From Pseudomonas sp. NPDC086278 (GTDB lineage: Bacteria; Pseudomonadota; Gammaproteobacteria; Pseudomonadales; Pseudomonadaceae): 24,000 nucleotides of DNA. The translations under genes were made by a program, and so were the position numbers. A model generated the notes under the pieces. The model worked only from the letters and a program-made list of their open reading frames with translations. It did no database searches and was not told the DNA's origin. Positions 15,252 through 24,000 of the stretch are shown in pieces. The stretch covers positions 99,593-123,592 of the forward strand of contig NZ_JBNNWE010000002.1 in the NCBI RefSeq assembly GCF_050280905.1, read 5' to 3'. The number at the start of each line of letters is the position of its first letter. The first letter of the stretch is position 1.

Positions 15252-17111
15252 ATGCTTCGTGCATTTGAACGAAGGCTCGACCCCTTTCCTCCGGACGAGA
15301 TCCCGCCGCCACCCGATGGCCTGGCTCGATTTCTGTGGGCCTGCACGCGGGGCGCCCGAGGTTACATCCTCGCACTTGCGCTGCTCAGTGCCGGTGTGTC
15401 GATTTACGAAGCCTGGCTGTTTTCTTTTCTCGGGCAGGTCGTGGACCTGCTTTCGACCTGGCAGGCAGGCGGTGATGCGGCTGAGCAGGAGAGTCGCGTG
15501 TTGTGGGGCATGGGCATCGTAATGGTGGCCAGCGTCGGGCTAGTGGCGTTGCGCACCATGGTGCAGCACCAGATATTGGCGATCAACCTGCCGTTGCGGC
15601 TGCGCTGGGACTTCCATCGCCTGATGCTGCGACAAAGCCTTTCGTTTTTTTCCGATGAGTTTTCCGGACGCGTCACCACCAAGGTGATGCAGACGGCGCT
15701 AGCCGTGCGCGACGTGTTATTCACCCTTATCGAGATCGCACCGGGCATCGGAGTGTATTTCATCGCGATCATCGCGCTGGCCGGCGGCTTCGCACTGAAA
15801 CTGATGCTTCCGTTCGTGGCCTGGGTCGTATTGTTCGGGCTGGCCATGCTGTACTTCGTGCCGCGCCTGGGGAAAGTCGGGCAGGAGCAGGCCAATGCGC
15901 GATCGATGATGACCGGGCGAATCTCAGACGCCTACACCAACATCACGACGGTGAAGCTGTTTTCCCACTCCAATCGAGAAGCGCACTTCGCGCGTGCAGC
16001 GATGGAGGATTTCAAGCAGACCGGCTTTCGCCAGATGCGCCTGGTCAGCCAGTTCGAGATCGTCAACCAGGCATTGGTCGTGGCGTTGATCATGGCCGCG
16101 GGTGGTTATGCCCTGTGGCTATGGCACCAGGGCGAGGTGGGTGCAGGTGCCGTGGCGGCGATCACTGCCATGGCGTTGCGTATCAATGGCATGTCGCACT
16201 GGATCATGTGGCAAATGACCTCGCTGTTCGAAAGTATCGGCACCGTCCAGGATGGCATGGCGACCCTTATCCAGGGCGCCAAGGTGCAGGATGTGCCGGG
16301 CGCGGGTGTGCTAGTGACGTCCGGCGGCGCGGTAACTTTCGATAATGTGCGCTTCAACTACAATGGCGAACGCCAAGTGCTCGATGGCCTGAGCCTGAGC
16401 ATCCGCCCGGGCGAAAAAATCGGCCTGGTTGGCCGCTCCGGCGCCGGCAAATCCACGCTGATCAACCTGCTGCTGCGCTTTTATGACGTCGACAGCGGGG
16501 TGATTCGCATCGACGGCCAAAACATCGCACAAGTGACGCAAGAAAGCCTGCGCGGCTCCATCGGCATGGTCACCCAGGATACTTCCCTGCTGCACCGTTC
16601 CATTCGCGACAACATCGCCTACGGCCGGCCCGACGCGACCGACGCGCAAATCCGCAGCGCCGCGGCCAGTGCCCAGGCCGATGAATTCATCAGTCAACTG
16701 AGCGACCGGCAAGGCCATACCGGCTACGACACCCTTGTGGGGGAGCGCGGCATAAAGCTGTCGGGCGGCCAGCGCCAACGCGTCGCGATTGCCCGGGTGA
16801 TGCTCAAGAACGCCCCGATCCTGCTGCTTGACGAGGCCACCAGCGCGCTGGACTCGGAAGTCGAAGTGGCCATTCAGGAAAGCCTCGATGAAATGATGCA
16901 GGGCAAGACCGTCATCGCCATTGCTCATCGGCTGTCTACGATTGCGGCCATGGACCGGCTCATCGTCATGGATGAAGGACGCATCATTGAGCAGGGCACC
17001 CACAGCGAACTGCTCGCTAAGAACGGCGTCTATGCGCGGCTGTGGCAGCATCAAAGCGGCGGGTTCCTGGGTGAGGATAGGGGCGTGGTCGAGGCTATGG
17101 ATCAGGCGTGA
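15252..17111 (+). CDS. ABC exporter, fused permease and ATP-binding protein (MsbA/MdlB-type half transporter)
   Basis: The ATG at 15252 has GGAG 6 nt upstream. The N-terminal half is hydrophobic, with about 6 TM segments. Walker A (GRSGAGKST), signature (LSGGQRQR) and Walker B (ILLLDEATSALD) are all present. Confidence 0.9.
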   Translation: MLRAFERRLDPFPPDEIPPPPDGLARFLWACTRGARGYILALALLSAGVSIYEAWLFSFLGQVVDLLSTWQAGGDAAEQESRVLWGMGIVMVASVGLVALRTMVQHQILAINLPLRLRWDFHRLMLRQSLSFFSDEFSGRVTTKVMQTALAVRDVLFTLIEIAPGIGVYFIAIIALAGGFALKLMLPFVAWVVLFGLAMLYFVPRLGKVGQEQANARSMMTGRISDAYTNITTVKLFSHSNREAHFARAAMEDFKQTGFRQMRLVSQFEIVNQALVVALIMAAGGYALWLWHQGEVGAGAVAAITAMALRINGMSHWIMWQMTSLFESIGTVQDGMATLIQGAKVQDVPGAGVLVTSGGAVTFDNVRFNYNGERQVLDGLSLSIRPGEKIGLVGRSGAGKSTLINLLLRFYDVDSGVIRIDGQNIAQVTQESLRGSIGMVTQDTSLLHRSIRDNIAYGRPDATDAQIRSAAASAQADEFISQLSDRQGHTGYDTLVGERGIKLSGGQRQRVAIARVMLKNAPILLLDEATSALDSEVEVAIQESLDEMMQGKTVIAIAHRLSTIAAMDRLIVMDEGRIIEQGTHSELLAKNGVYARLWQHQSGGFLGEDRGVVEAMDQA

Positions 17112-17144
17112 GCGCGGTGAAGTCGAAACCAGTCGACACTCAAA

Positions 17145-18119
17145 TTATCGAGTCTGCTTTTCGCATGGCCGATGCTTGAAAAGTTCAGGAGGCAGTTCCC
17201 CTATACCCTTGAGTCGGTCTTCAAGAAAATCGCGGAGCACCCTGACTTTCGTCGAGTAACGTCGATTGGGAAGGTAAGCCATATAAATTTGATTTCCGGT
17301 CAGTGAATTAACAAACCAATATTCAGGCAGCACGATTTGCAATTCACCGCTCAAGAGCAAGTCACGCACCAGCCAGATCTCAAATTCCGCAATGCCCAGG
17401 CCGCCACAGACGGCTTCAAGCAGCAGCTCCGAGTTGTCCGATTGCAGATTGCCCTTGGGGAAAATCGAGTGCTTTACATCATCCTTTATGAAGTACCAAT
17501 GGGGATCGCTGTCGGGGTGCAGGTAGATCAGGCAGTTATGTGCTCTGAGTTCGGCGGGGGAGGCTGGATGTCCGTTGCGCGCCAGATAGTCGGGGGTGGC
17601 GCACAGCAATGAATCGTTGCGGCAGATCGGGTAGGCGACCAGGTTTTCGAGATGGTTTTCGCCCTCGTGAATATCCAGGTCAAATCCGCCGACGATCATG
17701 TCGTTGTGGTTGTCGGTCAACCGCAGATCCATTTGGATACCCGGATACATCTGCAGGAATGGCGCGATCAGCGGTGCCAGGAACCGTCTGCCGAACGCCA
17801 CCGGCGAAACAAGTTTCAAGGGGCCGCTGGGTGCAAGGTTGAGATCGCTGACGACACGCAGGGTGTCGTCCAGATCTGCGATCATCGACAATGCCCGCGC
17901 GTGATAGATCTGGCCCGCTTCCGTCAGGGCGACGATGTGCGTGGTGCGATGCAGCAAGGTCGTGCCCAGCGATTTTTCCAGCGTCGTGATCATGCGGGTC
18001 AAGGTTGAAGGGGAGACGTGCATCTCCCGGGCCGCTGCGGAAAAGGTGCCCGATTCGACCACTTTGACCAGTGCTCTCATGACCCCCAGGTGATCGATAC
18101 GTGCCGTTTCAGACGTCAT
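17145..18119 (-). CDS. LysR-family transcriptional regulator
   Basis: The start is at the ATG at 18119 (MTSETARIDHLGVMRALVKVVESGTFSAAAREMHVSPSTLTRMI...), giving a normal 324-aa LTTR. The 468-aa track ORF is an upstream read-through. The gene is visibly AT-richer than its surroundings. Confidence 0.85.
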   Translation of the reverse strand: MTSETARIDHLGVMRALVKVVESGTFSAAAREMHVSPSTLTRMITTLEKSLGTTLLHRTTHIVALTEAGQIYHARALSMIADLDDTLRVVSDLNLAPSGPLKLVSPVAFGRRFLAPLIAPFLQMYPGIQMDLRLTDNHNDMIVGGFDLDIHEGENHLENLVAYPICRNDSLLCATPDYLARNGHPASPAELRAHNCLIYLHPDSDPHWYFIKDDVKHSIFPKGNLQSDNSELLLEAVCGGLGIAEFEIWLVRDLLLSGELQIVLPEYWFVNSLTGNQIYMAYLPNRRYSTKVRVLRDFLEDRLKGIGELPPELFKHRPCEKQTR

Positions 18120-18170
18120 GGTGGAAGTGGTTGCCTTTGCGTTGTGTGCAAAACCGAATTCTGTTTCGCG

Positions 18171-18197
18171 ATATTCCATCAGTATTTGGCTGAATAT
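18171..18197. promoter_or_regulatory. Inverted repeat ATATTC-N15-GAATAT in the LysR/asparaginase divergent region
   Basis: The arms are perfect 6-bp repeats. The element lies 52 nt upstream of the LysR start and 106 nt upstream of the asparaginase start. This is a typical position for an LTTR recognition site. Confidence 0.3.
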
Positions 18198-18302
18198 AGA
18201 CTCATTTTCGATCGAAGTGCGCACGTCGTTCATCCAACCGACCACGTATTCGTCGATAGGGACGCAGATCCCTGTGGCGAACTTTGGAGTATCGAGATCA
18301 TT

Positions 18303-19322
18303 ATGGATTTTCCCGCACACGTTCCATTGGCCATTGCTACTCGAAACGAACATGTGGAGCGCATCCACTGGGGATCGGTGGCTGTCGTTGATAACGAAGG
18401 GTGTCTGCTGGCCTATGCCGGCGATCCCGGTAGCATGACGTTTTCCCGCTCCACGCTTAAGCCGTTCCAGGCCATTCCGTTCGTCCGGGATGGCGGTGTC
18501 GAGCACTTCGGCTTCTCCGATGAGCAAGTGGCCATAATGTGCGCCAGCCACTCGGGCGAAACCTCACACGTGAATGCTGTGAGTGGCATGCTCTCGAAAA
18601 TCCAGCGTGCATCCACCGACTTGGGATGTGGTTGCCATCTGCCCGATTTCTACACCGCGGACAATCTGCCGCCCCAGGGTTTTCGATACGATCAGCGCCA
18701 CCACAACTGTTCCGGCAAGCACAGCGGTTTCCTCGCCTATTGCCGTCTGCATGGCTTGTCCAGTGAAAACTATCTGTCCCCCGAACATGCCTTGCAGCGC
18801 GATATCCAAAGTGTCGTCGCAGCCTTGACAGGGGTTGCGGAAGATCAGCTCTGGACCGGAATCGACGGCTGCAATGCGCCAAACCTTGGCATGCCGTTGT
18901 CGCGCCTGGCCCTTTTGTGGGCGCGGTTGGCCAGTGCCGATGCTGGCGACGCCAGCCTCGATCCAGTACTGCAGCGGTTGTTCGATGCCATGCGCAGCCA
19001 TCCGGAAATGGTCTCGGGGACCGGTCGCGCCGACCTGGGCATTACGCTGTCCTCGAATGGTGACTGGGTCGCGAAAACCGGTGCCGATGGCGTGCAAACT
19101 ATCGGCATCCGCAGCCGTGGCTTGGGCGTGGCGGTCAAGATCAGTGACGGCGATTTCCCCAGCGTATTCGCGGTGACCATCGCGGTGCTCAAGCAACTGG
19201 GTGTGCTGGAACAGGACAGCGACATTCCGCTGCTGGCACCGTGGGCCGATCCGGTGTTGAGAAGTTACAACGGTTCGCGGGCCGGTCAATTGAAAGCCAC
19301 GGTGCAATTGAAGTTCGTCTAG
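18303..19322 (+). CDS. Asparaginase_II family protein (Rhizobium etli AnsA-type L-asparaginase)
   Basis: The ATG at 18303 gives 339 aa. Motifs shared with R. etli-type asparaginase II as I recall it are MCASHSGE, NCSGKH, DGCN.P and HPEMVSG.GR. Confidence 0.85.
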   Translation: MDFPAHVPLAIATRNEHVERIHWGSVAVVDNEGCLLAYAGDPGSMTFSRSTLKPFQAIPFVRDGGVEHFGFSDEQVAIMCASHSGETSHVNAVSGMLSKIQRASTDLGCGCHLPDFYTADNLPPQGFRYDQRHHNCSGKHSGFLAYCRLHGLSSENYLSPEHALQRDIQSVVAALTGVAEDQLWTGIDGCNAPNLGMPLSRLALLWARLASADAGDASLDPVLQRLFDAMRSHPEMVSGTGRADLGITLSSNGDWVAKTGADGVQTIGIRSRGLGVAVKISDGDFPSVFAVTIAVLKQLGVLEQDSDIPLLAPWADPVLRSYNGSRAGQLKATVQLKFV

Positions 19323-19372
19323 TCGGGGTGCCTGCCGGGCACGTGTCAGATCTATAAGGCAGACCAGAAACC

Positions 19373-20137
19373 ATGCAATCGGCTCAATCGCTCACTCAAC
19401 AAACGCCTGCCATTTCGCTGCGCGCCGTCAACAAGTTTTTCGGCAGTCAGCAAGTGTTGTTTGATGTTGACCTGGAGGTCCAGCCCGGTGAGGTGGTGGT
19501 GATCATCGGCCCGTCCGGCTCTGGCAAATCGACCCTGTGCCGTTGCATCAATCGCCTGGAAACCGTCACCAATGGCGATATCTTCCTGCACGGCGAGCGC
19601 CTGCCGGAAGAGGGCGGGGCTCTGGCAAAGATGCGCGCCAAGGTCGGAATGGTCTTCCAGAGTTTCAACCTGTTTTCCCATCGCACCGCGTTGCAGAACG
19701 TCGCAATGGGCCCACGAAAAGTCCTCGGCATGCGCGGCGTGGATGCAGACGCATGGGCCTTGCAACTGCTTGACCAGGTCGGTCTGGCACACAAGGCAAC
19801 GTCTTATCCCGCTGAGCTGTCGGGCGGCCAGCAACAGCGTGTGGCGCTGGCCCGGTCACTGGCGATGAAGCCCAGCGTGATGCTGTTCGACGAACCTACC
19901 TCGGCGCTCGATCCGGAAATGGTCAACGAGGTGCTCAAGGTCATGGTCGATCTGGCCCGCACCGGGATGACGATGGTGGTCGTCACCCATGAAATGGGCT
20001 TCGCACGCTCCGCCGCCGATCGCATCATTTTCATGGATGCCGGTCGGATCGTCGAAAGTGCGCCGCCCGAGACATTTTTCAGCGCCCCTCGCTCGGAGCG
20101 CGCCCGCGAATTTCTGTCCAAGGTCCTTGCACACTGA
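19373..20137 (+). CDS. Polar amino-acid ABC transporter ATP-binding protein (GluA/GlnQ-like)
   Basis: 254 aa with Walker A (GPSGSGKST), signature (LSGGQQQR) and Walker B ([12 protein letters not shown]). Confidence 0.9.
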   Translation: MQSAQSLTQQTPAISLRAVNKFFGSQQVLFDVDLEVQPGEVVVIIGPSGSGKSTLCRCINRLETVTNGDIFLHGERLPEEGGALAKMRAKVGMVFQSFNLFSHRTALQNVAMGPRKVLGMRGVDADAWALQLLDQVGLAHKATSYPAELSGGQQQRVALARSLAMKPSVMLFDEPTSALDPEMVNEVLKVMVDLARTGMTMVVVTHEMGFARSAADRIIFMDAGRIVESAPPETFFSAPRSERAREFLSKVLAH

Positions 20138-20175
20138 TTCACTCAAAAACATCACAAGAACAAGAGATAACAACC

Positions 20176-21018
20176 ATGCGCTCAAATCGAATCGCTTCCC
20201 TCGGCATCTCCCTCCTGGCTACCTGCATTTTTGCCTCGTTCGCATCGGCCTCTACCGTTGAGCAGTTCCCGGCCGATTCGACCATGGCCAAGGTCCAGAA
20301 GCGCGGCAAGCTGGTCGTTGGCAGCTCGCTCAATACCCTGATGTTTTCGTCTCGCAACCCCATGACCGGCGAGGTTGAAGGTTTCGAGGCTGACCTGGCC
20401 CGAATGCTGGCGAAGAAGCTCACCGGCTCCGAAGACAACATCGAATGGGTCAGCACTACGCCGGAAAACCGCATTCCGCTGGTCGAAAACAAACGCGTCG
20501 ACATGGTCATAGCAACCATGACCGTGACCGATGAACGCAAAAAGGTCATTGGCTTCGCGGGGCCGTACTATCTCGCCGGCCAGGATTCGCTGGTCCGCGT
20601 GGATGACGATTCGATCAAAAAGACTGCCGACCTCGATGGCAAGACGGTCTGCGTTCTGAGCGGCACCACCGTAGAACGCAACCTCAAGCCATTGGCGCCT
20701 ACGGCCAAGATCGTGACGTTCAGCGATGCCTCGGCTTGCGTCGAGGGGCTGATCGACAAGCGTTTCGACGCCTATGTCGACGACGGTGCGACGCTGGTCG
20801 GCGAGTCCATGCGTCAACCCGGAAAATTGCGAGTGGTCGGGACGCCGTTCACCGAAGAGCCTTACGGCATTGCAGTCATCAAGGAGGATACGGTGTGGCG
20901 TGACTGGCTCAACAGCCAGTTGAGCGCCGCCATCAAAGATGGCCAGTGGAAGGAAATGTACGGGAAGGATCTGCAAGAGGGACTAGGCGCGCCACAGGTG
21001 CCAGTGATCGAACAGTAA
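20176..21018 (+). CDS. Amino-acid ABC transporter periplasmic substrate-binding protein (GluB-like)
   Basis: 280 aa with a signal peptide. It has the SBP_bac_3 pattern, with FAGPYYLAGQD..VR and PFT.EPYGIA motifs that resemble actinobacterial glutamate-binding GluB. Confidence 0.9.
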   Translation: MRSNRIASLGISLLATCIFASFASASTVEQFPADSTMAKVQKRGKLVVGSSLNTLMFSSRNPMTGEVEGFEADLARMLAKKLTGSEDNIEWVSTTPENRIPLVENKRVDMVIATMTVTDERKKVIGFAGPYYLAGQDSLVRVDDDSIKKTADLDGKTVCVLSGTTVERNLKPLAPTAKIVTFSDASACVEGLIDKRFDAYVDDGATLVGESMRQPGKLRVVGTPFTEEPYGIAVIKEDTVWRDWLNSQLSAAIKDGQWKEMYGKDLQEGLGAPQVPVIEQ

Positions 21019-21039
21019 AGATCGGCAGAGGTGAGCCTG

Positions 21040-21672
21040 ATGTCTTATATCGAACGCTTCCTGGGGGGCATTGCGGTCAGCGTGCAACTGACCCTGCTGT
21101 CCTTTGCCATTGCGCTCGTTCTCGGACTGCTTCTGGCAATCATGAGGGTGAGCCCTTGGCCACCCTTTCGCTGGTTTGCCAGCAGTTACGTAGAGCTCAT
21201 GAGGATGATGCCGCTGCTGGCGTTGTTGCTGCTGTTCACTTTCGGCCTGCCGAAGCTGGGCTTCATGTATTCGCTGTTCACCTCTACGGTCCTGGTTCTG
21301 GGGTTGTACAGCGCGGCCTGGATCTGCGAGGTGGTGCGGTCGGGAATCAACACCGTGCCCATCGGGCAGATCGAAGCGGCCCGCAGTATCGGCATGCGCT
21401 TCGACCAGATACTGGGCGAAGTGGTCTTGCCGCAAGCCGTGCAGTCGGTGATCGCCCCGCTGGGCAATCTGTTCATCATTCAGATCAAGGCGTCGGCCAT
21501 CGGCGCCGCGATTGGTGTGGCGGATATCACCTACACCGCGCAAAAAATCAACTTCGACACCGCCCTGGCAGTGCCGACGTTCCTCGGAGCAATGGCGGCC
21601 TATTTTCTGTTGACCCTTCCCTCGGGTCTGTTTTTCCGCTTCCTTGAGCAAAAAATGGCGGTGCTGCGATGA
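21040..21672 (+). CDS. Amino-acid ABC transporter permease (GluC-like)
   Basis: It has a His/Glu/Gln/Arg-type permease core with an EAA-like loop (IEAARSIGM). The ATG at 21040 has GAGG 9 nt upstream. The track GTG at 21031 is an alternative start. Confidence 0.85.
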   Translation: MSYIERFLGGIAVSVQLTLLSFAIALVLGLLLAIMRVSPWPPFRWFASSYVELMRMMPLLALLLLFTFGLPKLGFMYSLFTSTVLVLGLYSAAWICEVVRSGINTVPIGQIEAARSIGMRFDQILGEVVLPQAVQSVIAPLGNLFIIQIKASAIGAAIGVADITYTAQKINFDTALAVPTFLGAMAAYFLLTLPSGLFFRFLEQKMAVLR

Positions 21673-22595
21673 GCGCGGATAACCTGCTTTACGAGCCGCC
21701 GGGTCCGATTGCCAGACGGCGTAACCGGATCATTTCGGTGATGGGCGTGGTGCTGTTGTTCTGCTTGATGTTTGCGGTCGGCCATCGCCTGGAGGCGAGT
21801 GGTCAGTTCGAGGCCCAACGCTGGAAAATCTTCCTGCATCCGGGCACCTTGAAGTTCTTGTTTGACGGTCTGATGGCCACCTTGCTGGCTGCATTGATCA
21901 GCACGGTATTAGCCTTCAGCCTTGGCGTACCGCTAGCGCTGGCGCGGTTGTCGAACAGGTTCTGGGTGCGCACGCTGGCGGCAGGCTACATTGGCTGCTT
22001 CCGTGCGGTACCGCTGCTGTTGCTGATTCTGTTTACCGTCATCCTGCTGCCTTCGCTCGGGTTGCACTGGTCGGCCCTGGGCTACCTGATTTTCGGCATG
22101 GTGCTGCATCACAGCGCGATGACGGCAGAGGTGGTACGTGCGGGTATTCTTTCGTTGGGGCGCGGGCAGAAGGAGGCCGCGCTGTCCATAGGCATGCGCG
22201 ATCATCAAGCGATGATATGGGTGGTATTGCCACAGGCGCTAAAGCTGATGTTGCCAGCGTTGGTCAGTTCCGTTCTGGCGATCGTCCAGGACACGTCGCT
22301 GGGGTACATCATTCCGTACGAAGAATTGTTGCGTCGTTCACAGCAGATATCGAGTTTCGCGCCGCAGTCGCTGCTGCAATCGGCGTTTATCGTCACGGTG
22401 ATGTACGGGTTTGTCAGTGCGTTGCTGTTGGCACTGCGTCGCTGGATTGAACGTCGGCAGTCTTATGACTCGCGCGGTCAGCGAACGAAGGCGGCTATCA
22501 CGGAGGGCAGCTTTGGCGAAGTGCTTGAGACCGCGCCAGGTATGCAGTCGGGATTGCGCTCTGCGCCTGATCGACTGTCGGGGCGGAATCAATAG
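21669..22595 (+). CDS. Amino-acid ABC transporter permease with an extended N-terminus (GluD-like)
   Basis: 308 aa, with a 4-nt ATGA overlap with the previous gene. The N-terminal LYEPPGPIARRRNRIISV... lead-in followed by a TM segment is typical of GluD. An EAA-like loop (KEAALSIGM) is present. Confidence 0.85.
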   Translation: MSADNLLYEPPGPIARRRNRIISVMGVVLLFCLMFAVGHRLEASGQFEAQRWKIFLHPGTLKFLFDGLMATLLAALISTVLAFSLGVPLALARLSNRFWVRTLAAGYIGCFRAVPLLLLILFTVILLPSLGLHWSALGYLIFGMVLHHSAMTAEVVRAGILSLGRGQKEAALSIGMRDHQAMIWVVLPQALKLMLPALVSSVLAIVQDTSLGYIIPYEELLRRSQQISSFAPQSLLQSAFIVTVMYGFVSALLLALRRWIERRQSYDSRGQRTKAAITEGSFGEVLETAPGMQSGLRSAPDRLSGRNQ

Positions 22596-22627
22596 CAGGT
22601 CTTTCAAAGCCGCGAGTTTCCAAGCCC

Positions 22628-22649
22628 GACCGCTGACTTCTCAGCGGTC
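22628..22649 (+). other. Perfect 9-bp hairpin (GACCGCTGA-CTTC-TCAGCGGTC) 32 nt after the transporter operon
   Basis: The stem and tetraloop were read directly from the sequence. No U-tract follows on either strand, so this is not a canonical intrinsic terminator. Confidence 0.3.
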
Positions 22650-22787
22650 CGGAAACGATAGCGCCGAGGCCAACGACACACAAATCGGCGGATGTTCGGG
22701 CCGAGGATAGCAAACGACCCTCAGCTGCCCTTCGGGAAGGACAGCTAAGAGTCTTGGCGATCACTCGGCGCCGGTCGAACGGCTGGT

Positions 22788-23828
22788 TCAGTTAACCGGC
22801 TTGGCGTCGGGGAATTTCCACGCGCCGCTAAGAACTTCAGATTTTGGTCGATACAACCGCACGGTGTAATTCCAGCCCTTCATGGTCGGCAGGCAATTGG
22901 CAGTCTGCGCGGTACACCCACCAAACTGAATCGCGATCGAACCGTCATTCGATTTTTTCGACGTCAGATTGTTCAGCGTGTACGCATTGGCGGCGTTCTT
23001 CTCGAAGTATCCTTCTGCGTTGTAGAGGCTGACGGACCAGAAGCCATCGACGGGAACATCTTTCACCGTGAGGCGATACACGGTTTTCCCATCGTTGTTG
23101 GCCGGAGTCACGTTCAGGTAGATCGCATCCTTGTCCGGGTTGCCGCCCCAGCCGGCAGCAGTCCCCAACAAGTGGCGCACGGGATCAACGTCGGCCTGAG
23201 TGCCAAACGCCTTCCTGAAGTCGGGAATAGTTGAAGACAGCACCAGCAGTGCATCGCGGACTTTCTTCTGGCTGGCGGCATCCCACGACGGCAGCTCCAG
23301 CGTGCCGGGATTCTTTTGGCTCACGCTGACAGCGTCCTGTAACGCGTGGACCTGTTTGACGTCATCCGGGTTATTGGGGTCGACCAGCGTACGAATGGCG
23401 GTGACCACATAACGGGTGCCAACGTTTTCGCGGGTAAGGGTGTACGTGCCGGCGCCGTAGAATACATTCGGGGTGTAGTGGTCTTCGCTGATGATTTGCA
23501 GCGCCATGAAGCGTTTACCGGGATCAGGCAGTGTAATGGTTACCGGGCCCGCATCGAGGTCGAAAACCCCCGAGGTGTAAAGCGTGTCTCGATTGAGCCG
23601 TATGACCGTCTGGTGCTCAATGTCGGCCGCTTCGCGGCGATGAAGCAGCTTGCCGAGGCCACCCTGTTTCGCCAGTGAACCGATGTACAGGTCTGACTCC
23701 GCCCTCACGAAATTATCAACCGTCACTGGCGTTGCGCCTGGCTTGGTCGAAGCCTCATCGGCATAAGCGCCGGCCATGAATATGAAGGTGGTGCACGCGA
23801 GGACGTTGAAAACAGATTTCTGCTTCAT
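22788..23828 (-). CDS. Secreted DUF1254/DUF1214 domain protein
   Basis: 346 aa with a signal peptide (…FIFMAGAYADEA). SD AAAGGA lies 5 nt upstream. The pattern VDNFVRAESD...NRDTLY...GFWS.S.YN...Y matches the DUF1254 plus DUF1214 architecture as I recall it. Confidence 0.85.
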   Translation of the reverse strand: MKQKSVFNVLACTTFIFMAGAYADEASTKPGATPVTVDNFVRAESDLYIGSLAKQGGLGKLLHRREAADIEHQTVIRLNRDTLYTSGVFDLDAGPVTITLPDPGKRFMALQIISEDHYTPNVFYGAGTYTLTRENVGTRYVVTAIRTLVDPNNPDDVKQVHALQDAVSVSQKNPGTLELPSWDAASQKKVRDALLVLSSTIPDFRKAFGTQADVDPVRHLLGTAAGWGGNPDKDAIYLNVTPANNDGKTVYRLTVKDVPVDGFWSVSLYNAEGYFEKNAANAYTLNNLTSKKSNDGSIAIQFGGCTAQTANCLPTMKGWNYTVRLYRPKSEVLSGAWKFPDAKPVN

Positions 23829-24000
23829 ACGAATCCTTTCAATTTGCCGAGAGAGTTTTTTGAACGCTTATTGGCTTTGACACTATAGTCCCGGTGCGCC
23901 AATCGGAACTCCGATTGCACCATTTCCAACGGCAGCTTTGGGTCGATTACGTGCGGTCGTGAAAGGCAGCAGTCGACCCAAAACGGACGGTGGCGACAGG

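Noticed and set aside
18207-18216. Perfect 10-bp palindrome TTCGATCGAA in the LysR/asparaginase intergenic region
   Set aside because: About 23 perfect 10-bp palindromes are expected by chance in 24 kb (24000 / 4^5). There is no second copy or matching half-site elsewhere in the window.
18018-18302. 95-aa N-terminal extension of the asparaginase ORF (track ORF starts at 18018)
   Set aside because: The extension overlaps the LysR N-terminus on the opposite strand and the AT-rich intergenic region. Family-typical sequence begins at MDFPAHVPLAIATRNEHVE (ATG at 18303).
18120-18551. 144-aa N-terminal extension of the LysR ORF (track ORF 17145..18551, 468 aa)
   Set aside because: The extension has no LTTR similarity and runs through the divergent promoter region, antisense into the asparaginase gene. 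The ATG at 18119 gives a normal-length LTTR with the HTH at the very N-terminus.
22498-22764. 88-aa minus-strand ORF in the transporter/DUF1254 spacer
   Set aside because: It overlaps the 3' end of the GluD-like permease gene. It has no SD and an Arg/Ser/Ala-rich translation with no recognisable family.

Overview
The window looks like a Pseudomonas (fluorescens/putida-group) chromosomal segment. This call rests on high GC, the typical GTGGGAGCG(G/A)GC REP repeat and the gene content. I support 25 CDS, one kinase gene relic, one REP doublet, two strong intrinsic terminators and several candidate operators. I found no rRNA, tRNA, CRISPR array, transposase, integrase or recognisable defence genes.

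Layout, left to right:
(1) 54-6904: a ribBA paralogue and a divergent DUF1330 gene, then a minus-strand seven-gene string: AA_synth/DUF1185, PcaD-like alpha/beta hydrolase, aldehyde dehydrogenase, flavin reductase, [REP doublet], PcaC-like CMD protein, GntR/FadR-type regulator, zinc-ribbon NUDIX hydrolase.
(2) 6960-7400: a decayed stretch holding a histidine-kinase relic with an in-frame stop.
(3) 7405-8290: two orphan genes, a small 79-aa protein and a lipoprotein.
(4) 8440-13109: a GAF-GAF-GGDEF-EAL c-di-GMP protein, trmK, an untracked 53-aa lysine-rich ORF and a LysE exporter.
(5) 13162-17111: a Tet(A)/TetR-like efflux-repressor pair with two tetO-like palindromes, followed by an ABC exporter.
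(6) 17145-22595: a low-GC LysR gene divergent from an asparaginase_II gene and a gluABCD-ordered amino-acid ABC transporter.
(7) 22788-23828: a secreted DUF1254/DUF1214 protein.

The most interesting signal is an identical AT-rich 16-mer with the perfect palindrome TGGTATACCA. It sits 33 and 38 nt upstream of the ribBA paralogue and of the seven-gene string. This suggests a GntR-controlled, flavin-themed regulon of unknown pathway function that has a flavin reductase but no oxygenase partner. All functional calls come from reading the translations and recalling family motifs; no database search was run.
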